DNA of 64,000 bases from an uncultured bacterium (lineage in GTDB: Bacteria; Bacillota_I; Bacilli_A; RF39; UBA660), in contig CANSHI010000002.1 of the NCBI GenBank assembly GCA_947646655.1, positions 147,123 to 211,122 on the forward strand. The letters run 5' to 3'. Shown piece by piece: positions 30,454 through 41,062 of this stretch. The position numbers were made by a program, and so were the translations under genes. The notes under the pieces were generated by a model that saw nothing but the letters and a program-made list of their open reading frames with translations, was not told the DNA's origin and did no database searches. Each line of letters begins with the position of its first letter. Position 1 is the first letter of the stretch.

Positions 30454-31290
30454 ATGAGAAAAGCTGAAAAGAAAAAAGAAAGTTTTCATAAACAATTAAG
30501 GAGAATTGCCAAGGAAAGTAATAGAAGTTCAATTTGGGTTTATTTTATACTTAGAGGATTAGTAATAGCCTGTATGGTTTTAGAGTTTTTAAGAGGGGAT
30601 ATGAATAATGCTTTTCTATGTTTGTTATCTCTGGTTTTATTCTTAATGCCATTTTTTATAGAAAAACATTTTAAAATTAAATTGCCGAATATGTTAGAAA
30701 TTATTATAATGCTGTTTATATTCTCGGCAGAGATATTGGGTGAGATAAATAATTTTTATGGAATAATTCCATATTGGGATACGACACTTCATACATTAAA
30801 TGGCTTTTTGGCTGCAGGTGTCGGTTTTGCTCTATTCGATTTATTGAATAAAAATACAAAAAATGTAAATTTATCACCTTTGTTTTTATCTATTGTAGCA
30901 TTTTGTTTTTCGATGACAATAGGAGTTTTGTGGGAATTTTTTGAGTTTAGTACAGATATGTATTTTAGGACGGATATGCAAAAAGATAGGTATGTGACTA
31001 GTATAAGTTCGGTATTGATGAATGAAAAAAATGAAAACGTTCCAGTTAAGTTTAAAGATATCGAATATACGATAATTGGCACACGAGACAACGAAAATAA
31101 TATTATCGAGACAAGAATTGATAAAGCATATTTAGATATAGGTTTGATAGATACTATGAAAGATTTACTTGTTAACTTTTTAGGGGCGACAATATTTAGT
31201 ATATTTGGATATTTATATATTAAAAATAGAGATAAATTTAGTTTTGTAAACAATTTCATTCCACTTAGAAATGAAGACTTTAAGGGATAG
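30454..31290 (+). CDS. Hypothetical polytopic membrane protein
   Basis: At least 5 predicted TM helices with basic cytoplasmic loops; RBS GAAAGTGAG; I prefer it over the overlapping antisense ORF 30789..31397. Confidence 0.6.
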   Translation: MRKAEKKKESFHKQLRRIAKESNRSSIWVYFILRGLVIACMVLEFLRGDMNNAFLCLLSLVLFLMPFFIEKHFKIKLPNMLEIIIMLFIFSAEILGEINNFYGIIPYWDTTLHTLNGFLAAGVGFALFDLLNKNTKNVNLSPLFLSIVAFCFSMTIGVLWEFFEFSTDMYFRTDMQKDRYVTSISSVLMNEKNENVPVKFKDIEYTIIGTRDNENNIIETRIDKAYLDIGLIDTMKDLLVNFLGATIFSIFGYLYIKNRDKFSFVNNFIPLRNEDFKG

Positions 31291-31355
31291 AGTTTTTTTA
31301 CTTGATATTCTTTATACAATATATTAATATTAAAGTGTAGAAAGTAGAGGAAAAA

Positions 31356-31586
31356 ATGAGAAAAGAAAGCATAGAAATAGGTAGTAAGTGGCAACATTTT
31401 AAGGGAGATATTATGGAAGTTTTAATGATTGTCAAACATTCTGAAACTTTGGAAGAAATGATTATTTATAAGCACGGCGAGAGTGATTGGGCGAGACCTA
31501 TTAGTAGTTTTTTAGCAGACGAAGATATAAGTAAAAGGGAAGATAATAAAACGGGACAAAAATATAGATTTGAAAAGATCGATTAA
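31356..31586 (+). CDS. DUF1653-like small protein
   Basis: KWQHFKGDIMEVLMIVKHSETLEEMIIYKHGESDWARPISSFL matches the DUF1653 pattern (YRHFKG..Y.V...A.HSET.E..VVY....G..W.RP...F); RBS GAGGAAAAA. Confidence 0.6.
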   Translation: MRKESIEIGSKWQHFKGDIMEVLMIVKHSETLEEMIIYKHGESDWARPISSFLADEDISKREDNKTGQKYRFEKID

Positions 31587-31688
31587 AATTAAAAATATTT
31601 ACATTAAAAATGTAATATTGTTTTAAGTGCCTCAATTTTCTTGAAAAAGATTGGGGCTTTTTGTATAATAATATGTGAGGTGGAAACA

Positions 31689-32867
31689 ATGAAAATATTA
31701 TCAGTAAACGCGGGAAGTTCATCATTAAAATTCACGATGTTTGAATTACCTGCAGGCAATGTTTTAATAAGTGGTAATTTTGAAAAAATTGGAATCGGTA
31801 ACAGTTTTTATAGTATAAAATTAGATGGTGAAAAAATAGTAAAAGAAAAAGACTTGAAAGATCACTCGATTGCAGTTAGTACTTTAATAGAAGAATTAAT
31901 AGATAATAAAATAGTTAATTCTTTAGATGATATCGATGGTATAGGGCATAGAGTGGTCCATGGAGGGCCTAATTTTAAAGAGAGTGTTTTAATTAATAAT
32001 GCTTTTCTTGAGGAATTCAAAAATTGTATAGAATATGCTCCTCTTCATAATCCTGCTCATTTAATGGGAATAAATGCATTTATGGAGGCTTTACCTAATA
32101 CACCTCAAGTAGTCGTGTTTGATACTGCTTTTCATCAATCGATGGATGAAGAGATGTACTTATATCCTTTACCTTATGAGTGGAATGAAAAGTATCATAT
32201 TAGAAGATATGGTGCGCATGGTACAAGTCATAGATTTATTAATAAAACAATTTCGGAGAAGCTTGATAGAAATGATTTAAAAGTAATAAGCTGTCATATT
32301 GGAAATGGTTCTAGCTTATGTGCTATAAATGCTGGTAAGGTTGTGCATACTAGTATGGGATTTACTCCTTTAGCTGGAACTATGATGGGAACTCGTTCAG
32401 GTGATGTAGATGCGAGCATTATTCCATTTATAGTGCAAAAAGAAAATAAAACTTGTGAAGACGTTTTGAACGATTTAAATAAAAAAAGTGGTTTATTAGG
32501 TGTAAGTGGTGTAAGCTCAGATTTTAGAGAAGTCCAAAATGGAATTAATGAAGGCAATCATCGTTGTAAATTAGCATTTAAAATGTTGTGTCAAAGTATA
32601 GCAAATTATATTGCAATGTATAATAATATGCTAGATGGATCCGATGTTATAGTGTTTACAGCAGGTATTGGTGAGAACAGTGTTACAATGAGAAGACAGG
32701 TTATCGAAAATATTAAGAGTCTTGGTGTTACAATCGATGAAGAAGCGAATGGTAAAAGAGGAGAGTTTGTTTTAATCAGTGGTAAAGACTCAAAAATTCC
32801 TGTGTATGTTTTGCCAACTAATGAAGAATTGATGATCGCAACTGATACATATAATATAATAAAATAG
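31689..32867 (+). CDS. ackA: Acetate kinase
   Basis: MKILSVNAGSSSLKF N-terminus and ASKHA motifs (VHGG, DTAFHQS); ATG 31689 follows GAGGTGGA. Confidence 0.9.
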   Translation: MKILSVNAGSSSLKFTMFELPAGNVLISGNFEKIGIGNSFYSIKLDGEKIVKEKDLKDHSIAVSTLIEELIDNKIVNSLDDIDGIGHRVVHGGPNFKESVLINNAFLEEFKNCIEYAPLHNPAHLMGINAFMEALPNTPQVVVFDTAFHQSMDEEMYLYPLPYEWNEKYHIRRYGAHGTSHRFINKTISEKLDRNDLKVISCHIGNGSSLCAINAGKVVHTSMGFTPLAGTMMGTRSGDVDASIIPFIVQKENKTCEDVLNDLNKKSGLLGVSGVSSDFREVQNGINEGNHRCKLAFKMLCQSIANYIAMYNNMLDGSDVIVFTAGIGENSVTMRRQVIENIKSLGVTIDEEANGKRGEFVLISGKDSKIPVYVLPTNEELMIATDTYNIIK

Positions 32868-32883
32868 AAATGAGTGATTTTTT

Positions 32884-33849
32884 ATGAACTCTAAAATTAG
32901 AGCTATAGAAAAGAGAATAAAAGAATATAAGACGATTGTTATTGCAAGACATGTAGGACCTGATCCCGATGCGATAGCGAGTCAAATAGCTTTAAGAGAT
33001 GCAATAAAACTAAGATTTCCTTCTAAGGAAGTTTATGCAGTTGGGACACCTGTTAATAAATTTAAAAGTTATGGTAATTTAGATAAAATTGAAGATGGGA
33101 AACTTAGTGATGCCTTACTGATCGTTTTAGACTGTCCCAATATTGTAAGGATTGATGGAGTAGATATCAACAACTATAAAGAAATTATAAAAATAGATCA
33201 TCATCCTTTTGAAGATAAAATGGGTACAATCGAATGGATAGATACTAACTCTTCTAGTACTTGTGAAATGATTACAGAGTTTTTAATATCGGCAAGATAT
33301 AGAGCAAATAAAGCGATTGCAGAAAATTTGTTTTTAGGTGTTGTTGCAGATTCTGATAGATTTTTACTGTCTTCTGCTAAAACTTTGGAATTAATGGCTG
33401 TTCTTATTAAAAACTCTAAAATTGATATTAGTGAAATATATCCTCGATTGTATTTAAGACCACTCAATGAGGTGAGATTTCAGGCTTATATTACGGAACA
33501 CCTAAATGTTACAAAAAATGGTTTTGCATCGCTTAGAATCGATAAAAAGATTATAGAAAAATATGGAGTAGATGCAGGGACAGCTTCTAATTTGGTGAAC
33601 AATTTTAATCATATTCAAGAAATTATTTGCTGGGCTTTAGTATCTTATGATGAAAAACTAAAACTGTTTAAAGTTAACATTAGAAGTAGAGGTCCTGTAA
33701 TAAATGAAGTGGCATCTAAGCACAATGGTGGCGGACATGCCAAAGCAAGTGGGGCAAGAATTAAAGATAGTAAAGATATTGAAAAACTATTTAACGATTT
33801 AGATCTCGAATGCAAAAAGTATAAAGAAGATCAAAAAAAATTAAAATAA
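32884..33849 (+). CDS. nrnA: DHH/DHHA1 phosphoesterase, NrnA-type oligoribonuclease / pAp phosphatase
   Basis: DHH motifs (ARHVGPDPDAIAS, IDHHP) and a C-terminal DHHA1 GGGH motif. Confidence 0.8.
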   Translation: MNSKIRAIEKRIKEYKTIVIARHVGPDPDAIASQIALRDAIKLRFPSKEVYAVGTPVNKFKSYGNLDKIEDGKLSDALLIVLDCPNIVRIDGVDINNYKEIIKIDHHPFEDKMGTIEWIDTNSSSTCEMITEFLISARYRANKAIAENLFLGVVADSDRFLLSSAKTLELMAVLIKNSKIDISEIYPRLYLRPLNEVRFQAYITEHLNVTKNGFASLRIDKKIIEKYGVDAGTASNLVNNFNHIQEIICWALVSYDEKLKLFKVNIRSRGPVINEVASKHNGGGHAKASGARIKDSKDIEKLFNDLDLECKKYKEDQKKLK

Positions 33850-33968
33850 ATTAAAATGTTATTCTATTGATTCGAATAACTTTTTTTGTTCTCAAGTTTT
33901 GTGAAGTTTGTGTGAGATTGCTTTACAAACTCTTTTTTTTAGGTTAAAATGATACTGGTGAATAGTAT

Positions 33969-34847
33969 ATGAGTAGCAGAGTGAGAAATTACAAGAAAAA
34001 TCATTTATTATCACGTTTAATATGTCTTCTAATAGGTAGTTTTATAATAACTTTTTTATATAATAAATTTTTAGTGCCATATGACATAGTTGTTGGAGGA
34101 TTAAGTGGACTAGCTGTCGTTGTCAAAGAGGCATTTGGAATCAGTACAACGGTTTTTATAAATATTGGAAATGTTATTTTAGTTATATTAAGTTTTATAA
34201 TGCTCGGCAAGAAAAAAACGATAGATCAATTGATCGGTACAGTGATGTATTTAGTTATGTTAAATATAACGTCACCACTTGCTAAAATGGTCAGTTTTGA
34301 GTTTGAGTCCGAAATGTTGATGATGGTTATAGTATCCATTTTTTATGGTATTTGTTTAGGTCTGATATTTAGACCAGGCTATTCTACTGGGGGAAGTGAT
34401 TTTCTCGCGGCTATTATATCAGAAAAAATGAAGATACCGATGACTAAGGTGAGTTTAGTGTTTCAAGTTTTAGTTATTATGTCTAGTATTTTTATATTTA
34501 GTATTCCAAAAGTTATGTATTCATTAATGGTCATTTATTTATCTAATAAAGTAACTAACTTAGTGCTGTTTGGAATAAGTACTAGTAAAATGGTATATGT
34601 CATATCAGATGCGAATGATGAGATCAAAGACTATATCATGAATAAAATAAATACTGGGGCGACTGAGATTAGAGTAAATGGTGGCTTTTTGAAGAAAAAG
34701 AAACAGATGTTATTATGTGTAGTCCATAATGCACAGTATGAAAGATTTAAAAATAATGTAATGGAGATGGATTCTAAAGCATTTATAATAAGTAATAATT
34801 GTTATGAGGTTAGTGGTGGTCAAAGGTTCAGCATATTACCTTTTTAA
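33969..34847 (+). CDS. YitT-family membrane protein (DUF161 membrane domain plus DUF2179)
   Basis: Polytopic N-terminal half and a soluble C-terminal domain typical of YitT; RBS GGTGAA. Confidence 0.75.
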   Translation: MSSRVRNYKKNHLLSRLICLLIGSFIITFLYNKFLVPYDIVVGGLSGLAVVVKEAFGISTTVFINIGNVILVILSFIMLGKKKTIDQLIGTVMYLVMLNITSPLAKMVSFEFESEMLMMVIVSIFYGICLGLIFRPGYSTGGSDFLAAIISEKMKIPMTKVSLVFQVLVIMSSIFIFSIPKVMYSLMVIYLSNKVTNLVLFGISTSKMVYVISDANDEIKDYIMNKINTGATEIRVNGGFLKKKKQMLLCVVHNAQYERFKNNVMEMDSKAFIISNNCYEVSGGQRFSILPF

Positions 34848-34936
34848 AGTGATAAGTTTTACGTAAAGGGAACTTTTGCCAATAGGTAAAATACTTTATC
34901 GATGTTATAATAGAGTGTGAGGAAAGTGATGTAGTC

Positions 34937-35638
34937 ATGAGTTTTATAGAATTGCAAAACGTTTATAAAATATATAAAAATGGTGTAACAGCTATAGCAG
35001 ATATGAATCTTAAAATTAAAAAAGGTGATTTCGTGTTTGTCATCGGGCATACGGCTTGTGGTAAATCGACATTAATTAAAATGCTATATAGGGAAGAGAA
35101 ACCTACTAAGGGTAATGTCTATGTCGGAGGAATTAATGTAGCTAAGTTAAAAAATAGTAAAATTTATAAACTGCGTAGAAAAATAGGAATAGTTTTTCAG
35201 GACTATAAATTGTTACCAAAGCTCACTGCTTATGAAAATGTTGCGTTCGTTTTAGAAAGTTATGGATATAAGGCAAGTGAAATTAAACCAAAAGTAATCG
35301 AGGCACTTACAAGAGTAGGATTGAAAGAGAAGCTTAGGAGCTTTCCTGATGAAATGAGTGGGGGAGAGCAACAAAGAGTTTGCATTGCTAGAGCAATTGT
35401 TAACAAACCTAAAGTTCTCGTGTGTGATGAGCCTACAGGAAATTTAGATCCAGATACATCAAAAGAGATTATGAAAGTTATTGAAACTATTAATAAGGAG
35501 ATGGGAACTACCATTATTATGGCGACTCATGACCGCGATATTGTAAATCGTATGAAAAAACGCGTTATTGTAATTAAAAATGGTGTTCTATCTGGTGATT
35601 ATGCGAAAGGAAGTTATAAAGTAGATGAAGCCCGTTAG
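34937..35638 (+). CDS. ftsE: Cell-division ABC transporter ATP-binding protein FtsE
   Basis: Walker A GHTACGKST, ABC signature MSGGEQQR, Walker B VLVCDEP; followed by ftsX with an overlap. Confidence 0.85.
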   Translation: MSFIELQNVYKIYKNGVTAIADMNLKIKKGDFVFVIGHTACGKSTLIKMLYREEKPTKGNVYVGGINVAKLKNSKIYKLRRKIGIVFQDYKLLPKLTAYENVAFVLESYGYKASEIKPKVIEALTRVGLKEKLRSFPDEMSGGEQQRVCIARAIVNKPKVLVCDEPTGNLDPDTSKEIMKVIETINKEMGTTIIMATHDRDIVNRMKKRVIVIKNGVLSGDYAKGSYKVDEAR

Positions 35639-36524
35639 AATTTTAGGTAGAAGTCTTGCCAGTGCTTACAGAAGTGTTGTAAGAAATTTTAGTTTAAGTT
35701 TGGCTTCTATATCATGTATTATTATCACTTTGATTATCGTATCTTTTGCTATTCTTTTAAGCTATAACGTGAACAATTTTACTAGAGATATCGAATCTGA
35801 TTTAACTATAGTTATGTTTGCGACTAAGAGTGCAACTGATGAACAGATACAGGAATTAAGAAAAAATATAGATGCTGTTCCAAATATAAAAGAGATCGTT
35901 TATAAATCTAAAGATGAGATTAAAAGTGATATGCAAAATCAAAATGAAGCTTTTAGAAAAATAATGGAAGAATGGAAAGATGGAGAAAATCCTCTGCAAG
36001 CGAGTTTTATTATAACCGTAGACAATATAGATAATATGGGAGAGACAGCTAAAACCTTACAAAACTTGCAGTATGTAGATATAGTAAAATATGGAGAGGG
36101 AACTGTTGAACAGTTGGTGTCAATTTTCAATATAGTTAAAAAAGTTATGATAGTCGCGGTGATCGCCTTAGTGTTTGTAACTGCGTTCCTAATTAGTAAT
36201 ACAATTAAAATAACTATTTATAGTAGAAAAAATGAAATAGATATTATGCGACTAGTTGGAACGTCTAATATGGTTATTAGATTGCCGTTTATATTTGAAG
36301 GTTTATTTTTAGGTATTATAGGAAGTATTATACCTATATTAGTAACAATTTATGGATATGTTTTCTTCTATGATAAAATGGGTGGAGTAATGTTTACTAA
36401 TATTATTTCATTGATTAAGCCTTATAATTTTGTATTTTATGTAAGTGCAATTTTGTTGTGTATTGGGGCTGTTGTTGGAATGTTTGGAAGTTACAGATCC
36501 GTTAGAAAGTATTTGAAGATATGA
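35625..36524 (+). CDS. ftsX: Cell-division permease FtsX
   Basis: 4-TM FtsX topology with a large first extracytoplasmic loop; start overlaps the ftsE end. Confidence 0.85.
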   Translation: MKPVRILGRSLASAYRSVVRNFSLSLASISCIIITLIIVSFAILLSYNVNNFTRDIESDLTIVMFATKSATDEQIQELRKNIDAVPNIKEIVYKSKDEIKSDMQNQNEAFRKIMEEWKDGENPLQASFIITVDNIDNMGETAKTLQNLQYVDIVKYGEGTVEQLVSIFNIVKKVMIVAVIALVFVTAFLISNTIKITIYSRKNEIDIMRLVGTSNMVIRLPFIFEGLFLGIIGSIIPILVTIYGYVFFYDKMGGVMFTNIISLIKPYNFVFYVSAILLCIGAVVGMFGSYRSVRKYLKI

Positions 36525-37765
36525 TGAAAAAGATATTTAAAGGTATAGTTATATTTGCCTTTATTGGGGCAATGATTATTAATAGTTTTTTAAACCCTTC
36601 TACTGCTTCGGCTGCTTCGGCATCTAAAGCAAATAATTTAAAGGAGTTGCGAGCTGAGTTGGCAGCTTATCAAGCTAAGATGAATGCTGCTAAACAAGGT
36701 TCACAAAATGCTCAAAATAAAATTAATTCGAATAAAAATTCGATTACAGCTGCTGAGGCAGAAATCAATACTAATAAGCAGAAAATAGAAGATTCTAAAA
36801 AGAAGATAGAAGAGTTAAATGTAGAAATAAAGGACACAGAAGAGCAAATCAAAGAACTTTTGAGATCTTACGAAGTTATGAAAGGTGACAATGTATATTT
36901 AGATTATATTTTTGGCGCTACAAGTGTATCAGATTTTATTATTAGATGTAGTATAAGTGGTCAATTAGCTTCGTATAATGATGAGCTAGTAGCTTCTTAT
37001 GAAGCAAAAATTTCTGAGAATGAGCAATTACAAATCGATTTAAATAATCGTGAGAAGCAGCTCGATACTCAAATCGAAAATTTAGAAAATTCGATAACTT
37101 CGCTTGGAGAACAAATAAGACAGTTCGATAGTGAGGCTGTAAAATTTGAAGATGAAGTTAAGGCTACACAGGAGTCGATTAATTATTATGTTAAACAAGG
37201 TTGTAAGGAAACGGAGTCATTTGATTCTTGTGTATCTATGAGAAGTGATACAGGTTTTGTCAGACCTTTAAAAAAAGGTGTTAGAACTAGTAACTTCGGT
37301 TATCGTGGTACTAATCCAGCAACAGGTGCTCCAAATGATTATCATAGTGGAGTCGATATCGGAGGTAATGGTGAAGGAACGAATGTTTATTCTGTTGCGA
37401 ATGGAAGAGTAGGTAAAATTGTTAGACGTTCAAGCTGCGGTGGAAATGTCGTTTATGTTTATCATACTATCAATGGTACTAAGTACACATCAGCTTATAT
37501 GCATTTATTGTCAATTAAGGTAAATGTAGGTGATTTAGTAACAAATACAACAGTAGTTGGAACTGTTGGGGGTGGAGCAGGTACAAGAAGTTATGATAAA
37601 TGTAGTACTGGTCCACATCTTCACTTAAGTTTAGGAACAGGTTGGTATGGAAGTACTTATGTTTCATATTCTTCTTGGAGAAGTCATTTAGTAGATCCTG
37701 GTAAAAAGGATTATGTAAATATTCCAGCTAAAGGGAAATGGTTCTATTCTAGAACTTGGAACTAA
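36521..37765 (+). CDS. Coiled-coil M23 metallopeptidase (EnvC/PcsB-like FtsEX-coupled hydrolase)
   Basis: Signal peptide, roughly 200-aa coiled-coil, C-terminal M23 LytM domain (HxxxD: YHSGVDIGG; HLH: GPHLHLS); ATGA overlap with ftsX. Confidence 0.8.
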   Translation: MMKKIFKGIVIFAFIGAMIINSFLNPSTASAASASKANNLKELRAELAAYQAKMNAAKQGSQNAQNKINSNKNSITAAEAEINTNKQKIEDSKKKIEELNVEIKDTEEQIKELLRSYEVMKGDNVYLDYIFGATSVSDFIIRCSISGQLASYNDELVASYEAKISENEQLQIDLNNREKQLDTQIENLENSITSLGEQIRQFDSEAVKFEDEVKATQESINYYVKQGCKETESFDSCVSMRSDTGFVRPLKKGVRTSNFGYRGTNPATGAPNDYHSGVDIGGNGEGTNVYSVANGRVGKIVRRSSCGGNVVYVYHTINGTKYTSAYMHLLSIKVNVGDLVTNTTVVGTVGGGAGTRSYDKCSTGPHLHLSLGTGWYGSTYVSYSSWRSHLVDPGKKDYVNIPAKGKWFYSRTWN

Positions 37766-37790
37766 AGAGTTATCTTTAGTTTCTTTTTTT
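37762..37790 (+). terminator. Rho-independent terminator after the ftsEX-M23 operon
   Basis: CTAAAGA-gtta-TCTTTAG hairpin followed by TTTCTTTTTTT. Confidence 0.55.
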
Positions 37791-38168
37791 GACAAAGTTT
37801 TAGTCTGACAAGTGTTATACTAAGATATATTTATTATTGGCTTGAAAAAATTGTGTATAACGTATATAATTAATAATAGAAAAAGACCATTGAGAATAGC
37901 ACTTGATTGGAGAAGATTTTAGTATGGAAGAAAAGACTAGAATAAGAAAACAGTATTAATAGTGGTTATAGTGTGTGCTTTAATTTTGGTAGGAAATTTA
38001 GGATCATACGCTTTCTTCATAGGTCAAGTAGGACAAAATAGGAACGATATTTTTAGCACTAGAATATGTGGATGATTGGCAATGGCACTATAGAATTTCC
38101 GTTTGAAGTAAAGAACGGACAGTATTGAATAAAACATGTATTATATAAAAGGGAGAGTACGAAGAAGA

Positions 38169-39500
38169 ATGAATAAAAAGAAAAAAATAATACTTGCTTC
38201 TATTTTAGGAATTTTAATAAGTTTTCTATTAATAAATTATGATAGTTCTTTTGTCACAAAGCCTTCTAGCAGTAAAACTTTAGCAGTGTATATACAAGAT
38301 GATAATAGTGAGACAGGATATAGTAAAAATGAATCCACAAACTTTCCGACAGATGGGTATGTATTAAATTTAGAAAAGAGTACATGTACAAATGGAGGAG
38401 AATTGAGTCAAGATTCAAATACAAAAAAGATTTCATTAAGTGTAGGATACAAGAGTAAATGTTCATTGTATTTTGATAAGGAAATAAAGTTGGATTCTTC
38501 AACAACTTTAGCAAAATTAGGCAAAACAGTCAAAGAGGATGTACCAAATTTTGCAGAGGCTGCAACAACAGATGAAACAGTCGATGGCTTGTATGCTACG
38601 GAAGATGATTATGGGACAAGCTATTACTATCGAGGAGCTACCACAGATAACTATGTAAAATTTGCAAATTTTTATTGGAGAATCATCAGGATCAATGGGG
38701 ATGGAAGCTTGAGAATAATATATGATGGGACGAGTGTGCATGCAAATGGAACGAATAATACGAATAGATTGGCAATAACAAATCATAAATATAATGCACA
38801 TAACTTTGATGCAAAATATGTCGGATACATGTATGGTCCGAGTGGAACAGGGGCAAGTACAAGTAAAAGTCTAGCACAGACTAATACAGCTGACTCAGAT
38901 ATTAAAAAAGCTATAGAGGCTTGGTATAAGACAAATATATCAGAAAAAGGGTATGATGCCTTTGTAAGCGACAACATATTTTGTAATGATAGAACGACAC
39001 CAGGAAAAGAAAAAACTGGATGGAGTAGTGATACATCTTTAGGGTACGGAAAAAATGCAACAGGATATGGTGCATTGTCACGAATAATGACAGGAAATAA
39101 TAGTACGAGTTTAAGTGGAAAGGATAATCTAGAACTGAAGTTTAAATGTGAGAATAAGAATGATGCATTTACAAAGGAAGATATGGATAAAGGAAATGGA
39201 AAGTTAGAACAAAAAGTAGGGATGATAACAGCAGATGAGATAGTAGCAGCAGGAAGTGGAAAATACGGAGCATCAAATAGTCAATATTATTTATATAAAG
39301 GGAATAGCTATTTCTCTCTTTCACCATATTCTATGCTCAATAATGATGCAAATGTATTTTACGTTAGTAATACTGGAGGAATAAGTGGTTTATATGCTTA
39401 TTACTCATCAGGTGCGGCTCCAGTTATAAATTTAAGTGTAGAATACGTAAGCACAATGAGTGGAAACGGTTCTATGGAAAGTCCATATGAAGTGAAATAA
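38169..39500 (+). CDS. Membrane-anchored extracellular protein, tandem paralogue A
   Basis: N-terminal basic region plus TM (MNKKKKIILASILGILISFLL); conserved Cys pairs; about 60% identical to the downstream paralogue; the track start at 38136 has a less plausible N-terminal extension. Confidence 0.6.
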   Translation: MNKKKKIILASILGILISFLLINYDSSFVTKPSSSKTLAVYIQDDNSETGYSKNESTNFPTDGYVLNLEKSTCTNGGELSQDSNTKKISLSVGYKSKCSLYFDKEIKLDSSTTLAKLGKTVKEDVPNFAEAATTDETVDGLYATEDDYGTSYYYRGATTDNYVKFANFYWRIIRINGDGSLRIIYDGTSVHANGTNNTNRLAITNHKYNAHNFDAKYVGYMYGPSGTGASTSKSLAQTNTADSDIKKAIEAWYKTNISEKGYDAFVSDNIFCNDRTTPGKEKTGWSSDTSLGYGKNATGYGALSRIMTGNNSTSLSGKDNLELKFKCENKNDAFTKEDMDKGNGKLEQKVGMITADEIVAAGSGKYGASNSQYYLYKGNSYFSLSPYSMLNNDANVFYVSNTGGISGLYAYYSSGAAPVINLSVEYVSTMSGNGSMESPYEVK

Positions 39501-39558
39501 GTGATGAACAACATTGAATAAAACATGTATTATATGAAAGTAAGAGGATAAAAGAGAA

Positions 39559-40923
39559 ATGAAAAAAAATAAAAAAATAATTCTTATTTCTGTTTTAGTA
39601 GTGACAATGAGTTTTTTAGTCTTGGTAAAATTATTAGATGATAAATTAGTAAAAAGGGAGGACTCTTTTATCGAACCTTTTTCCAAACAAAATCAAGCCT
39701 TAGCGGTATACATAGAAGACGAGAATAGTGACATAGGATATATTAAAAATGAATCTACAATCTTTCCGACAGAAGGATATATATTAAACATGGAAAAAAG
39801 TACGTGTACAAATGGTGGATCACTAAGTCAGGATTTGAGTACAAAAAAGATATCGCTAAGAATAGAACATAAAAGTAGTTGCTCATTGTACTTTGATAAA
39901 GAAATGCTTAGTGCTTCTGAAGTACTAGAAGCAAAGATTGCAAACGCAAAATCATCAGATAATCTAAATTTTGCAGAGCCAGCGACGACTGATGAAACGT
40001 CCGATGGATTTTATGTCATGGAAGATGACTATGGAACGAGCTATTATTATCGAGGTGCCACAACAGATAACTATGTCAAATTTGCAGGGTTCTATTGGAG
40101 AATTATACGAATCAATGGAGACGGTTCATTACGTATTTTATATGATGGAACTGAAGCTCATGCAAATGGAGTGAGTAGTGCGAATAGATTAGCATTACAA
40201 AGAATGGCATGGAATACACCAAACTACAACGATGCAAAATATGTAGGATATATGTATGGAGGAGCAAACGGGGTAGCAAGTACAAATAAAAGTGAAGCAC
40301 AGGCAAATGAGACAAATACTAATATAAAAACTGAGCTAGAGAATTGGTATAAGATGAACATAGCAGATAAAGGATATGGTGAGTTTGTAAGTGACGTCAT
40401 ATATTGTAATGACCGGACAACACCAGGGAGTAGTGTAACATTATGGACAAGTGATACAGGATTAGGATATGGATGGCAAACAACAGGATATGGTGCACTG
40501 TCACGAATAATGACAGGGAATAATAGTACAAGTTTAAGTGGAAAGGATAATCCAAAACCGAAGTTCAAATGTGAGAATAAGAATGATGCATTCACAAAGG
40601 AAGATACAGAGAAAGGAAATGGAAAGCTAGAACAAAAAGTGGGAATGATAACAGCAGATGAAATATTAGCAGCAGGAAGTGGAAAGTATAATACAAATAA
40701 TAGCAGTTATTACTTATATAAAGGGAATTGGTATTGGTCGCTCTCGCCTTGTGATGTATATGGCTGGTATGCTCGTGCGTTTATTGTCGATAATAGTGGG
40801 TATATTTACGATACTAATGTTAATAGCTTGGGCGGTGTCGCCCCAGTAATCTCGCTGAGTGCAGAATATGTAAGTACAATGAAGGGAAATGGTACCATGA
40901 AAAAACCATTTGAAGTGAAATAA
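39559..40923 (+). CDS. Membrane-anchored extracellular protein, tandem paralogue B
   Basis: Same architecture and shared blocks (GYGALSRIMTGNNSTSLSGKDN, KFKCENKNDAFTKED, KGNGKLEQKVGMITADEI); RBS AGAGGA. Confidence 0.6.
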   Translation: MKKNKKIILISVLVVTMSFLVLVKLLDDKLVKREDSFIEPFSKQNQALAVYIEDENSDIGYIKNESTIFPTEGYILNMEKSTCTNGGSLSQDLSTKKISLRIEHKSSCSLYFDKEMLSASEVLEAKIANAKSSDNLNFAEPATTDETSDGFYVMEDDYGTSYYYRGATTDNYVKFAGFYWRIIRINGDGSLRILYDGTEAHANGVSSANRLALQRMAWNTPNYNDAKYVGYMYGGANGVASTNKSEAQANETNTNIKTELENWYKMNIADKGYGEFVSDVIYCNDRTTPGSSVTLWTSDTGLGYGWQTTGYGALSRIMTGNNSTSLSGKDNPKPKFKCENKNDAFTKEDTEKGNGKLEQKVGMITADEILAAGSGKYNTNNSSYYLYKGNWYWSLSPCDVYGWYARAFIVDNSGYIYDTNVNSLGGVAPVISLSAEYVSTMKGNGTMKKPFEVK

Positions 40924-41062
40924 GCAAAAAACTTATTTCTTTTTTCTTACCGAAAAAATAAATACTTTATTTGTTAATAATTTACATTAATATAAATTTG
41001 TGCTAGAATATAGCTTGTCAATGAAAGGGCGAGTAAATAATTTAGCTAAGGAGGGCGACTAT

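Noticed and set aside
30789-31397. A 202-aa minus-strand ORF overlapping the 278-aa membrane protein gene
   Set aside because: Its product is F/L/Y-rich low-complexity and there is no RBS. The plus-strand ORF has coherent TM topology and a good RBS.
37925-38070. A short ORF MEEKTRIRKQY followed after a frameshift by a hydrophobic segment
   Set aside because: It is not called as a feature. It is mentioned only as a possible paralogue remnant in the findings. It is too short and disrupted to support.
38266-40595. Minus-strand ORFs 38266..38977 (four) and 40112..40595 (two) inside the tandem paralogues
   Set aside because: They are antisense to the paralogue coding frames. The products are His/Tyr/Leu-rich low-complexity with no RBS.
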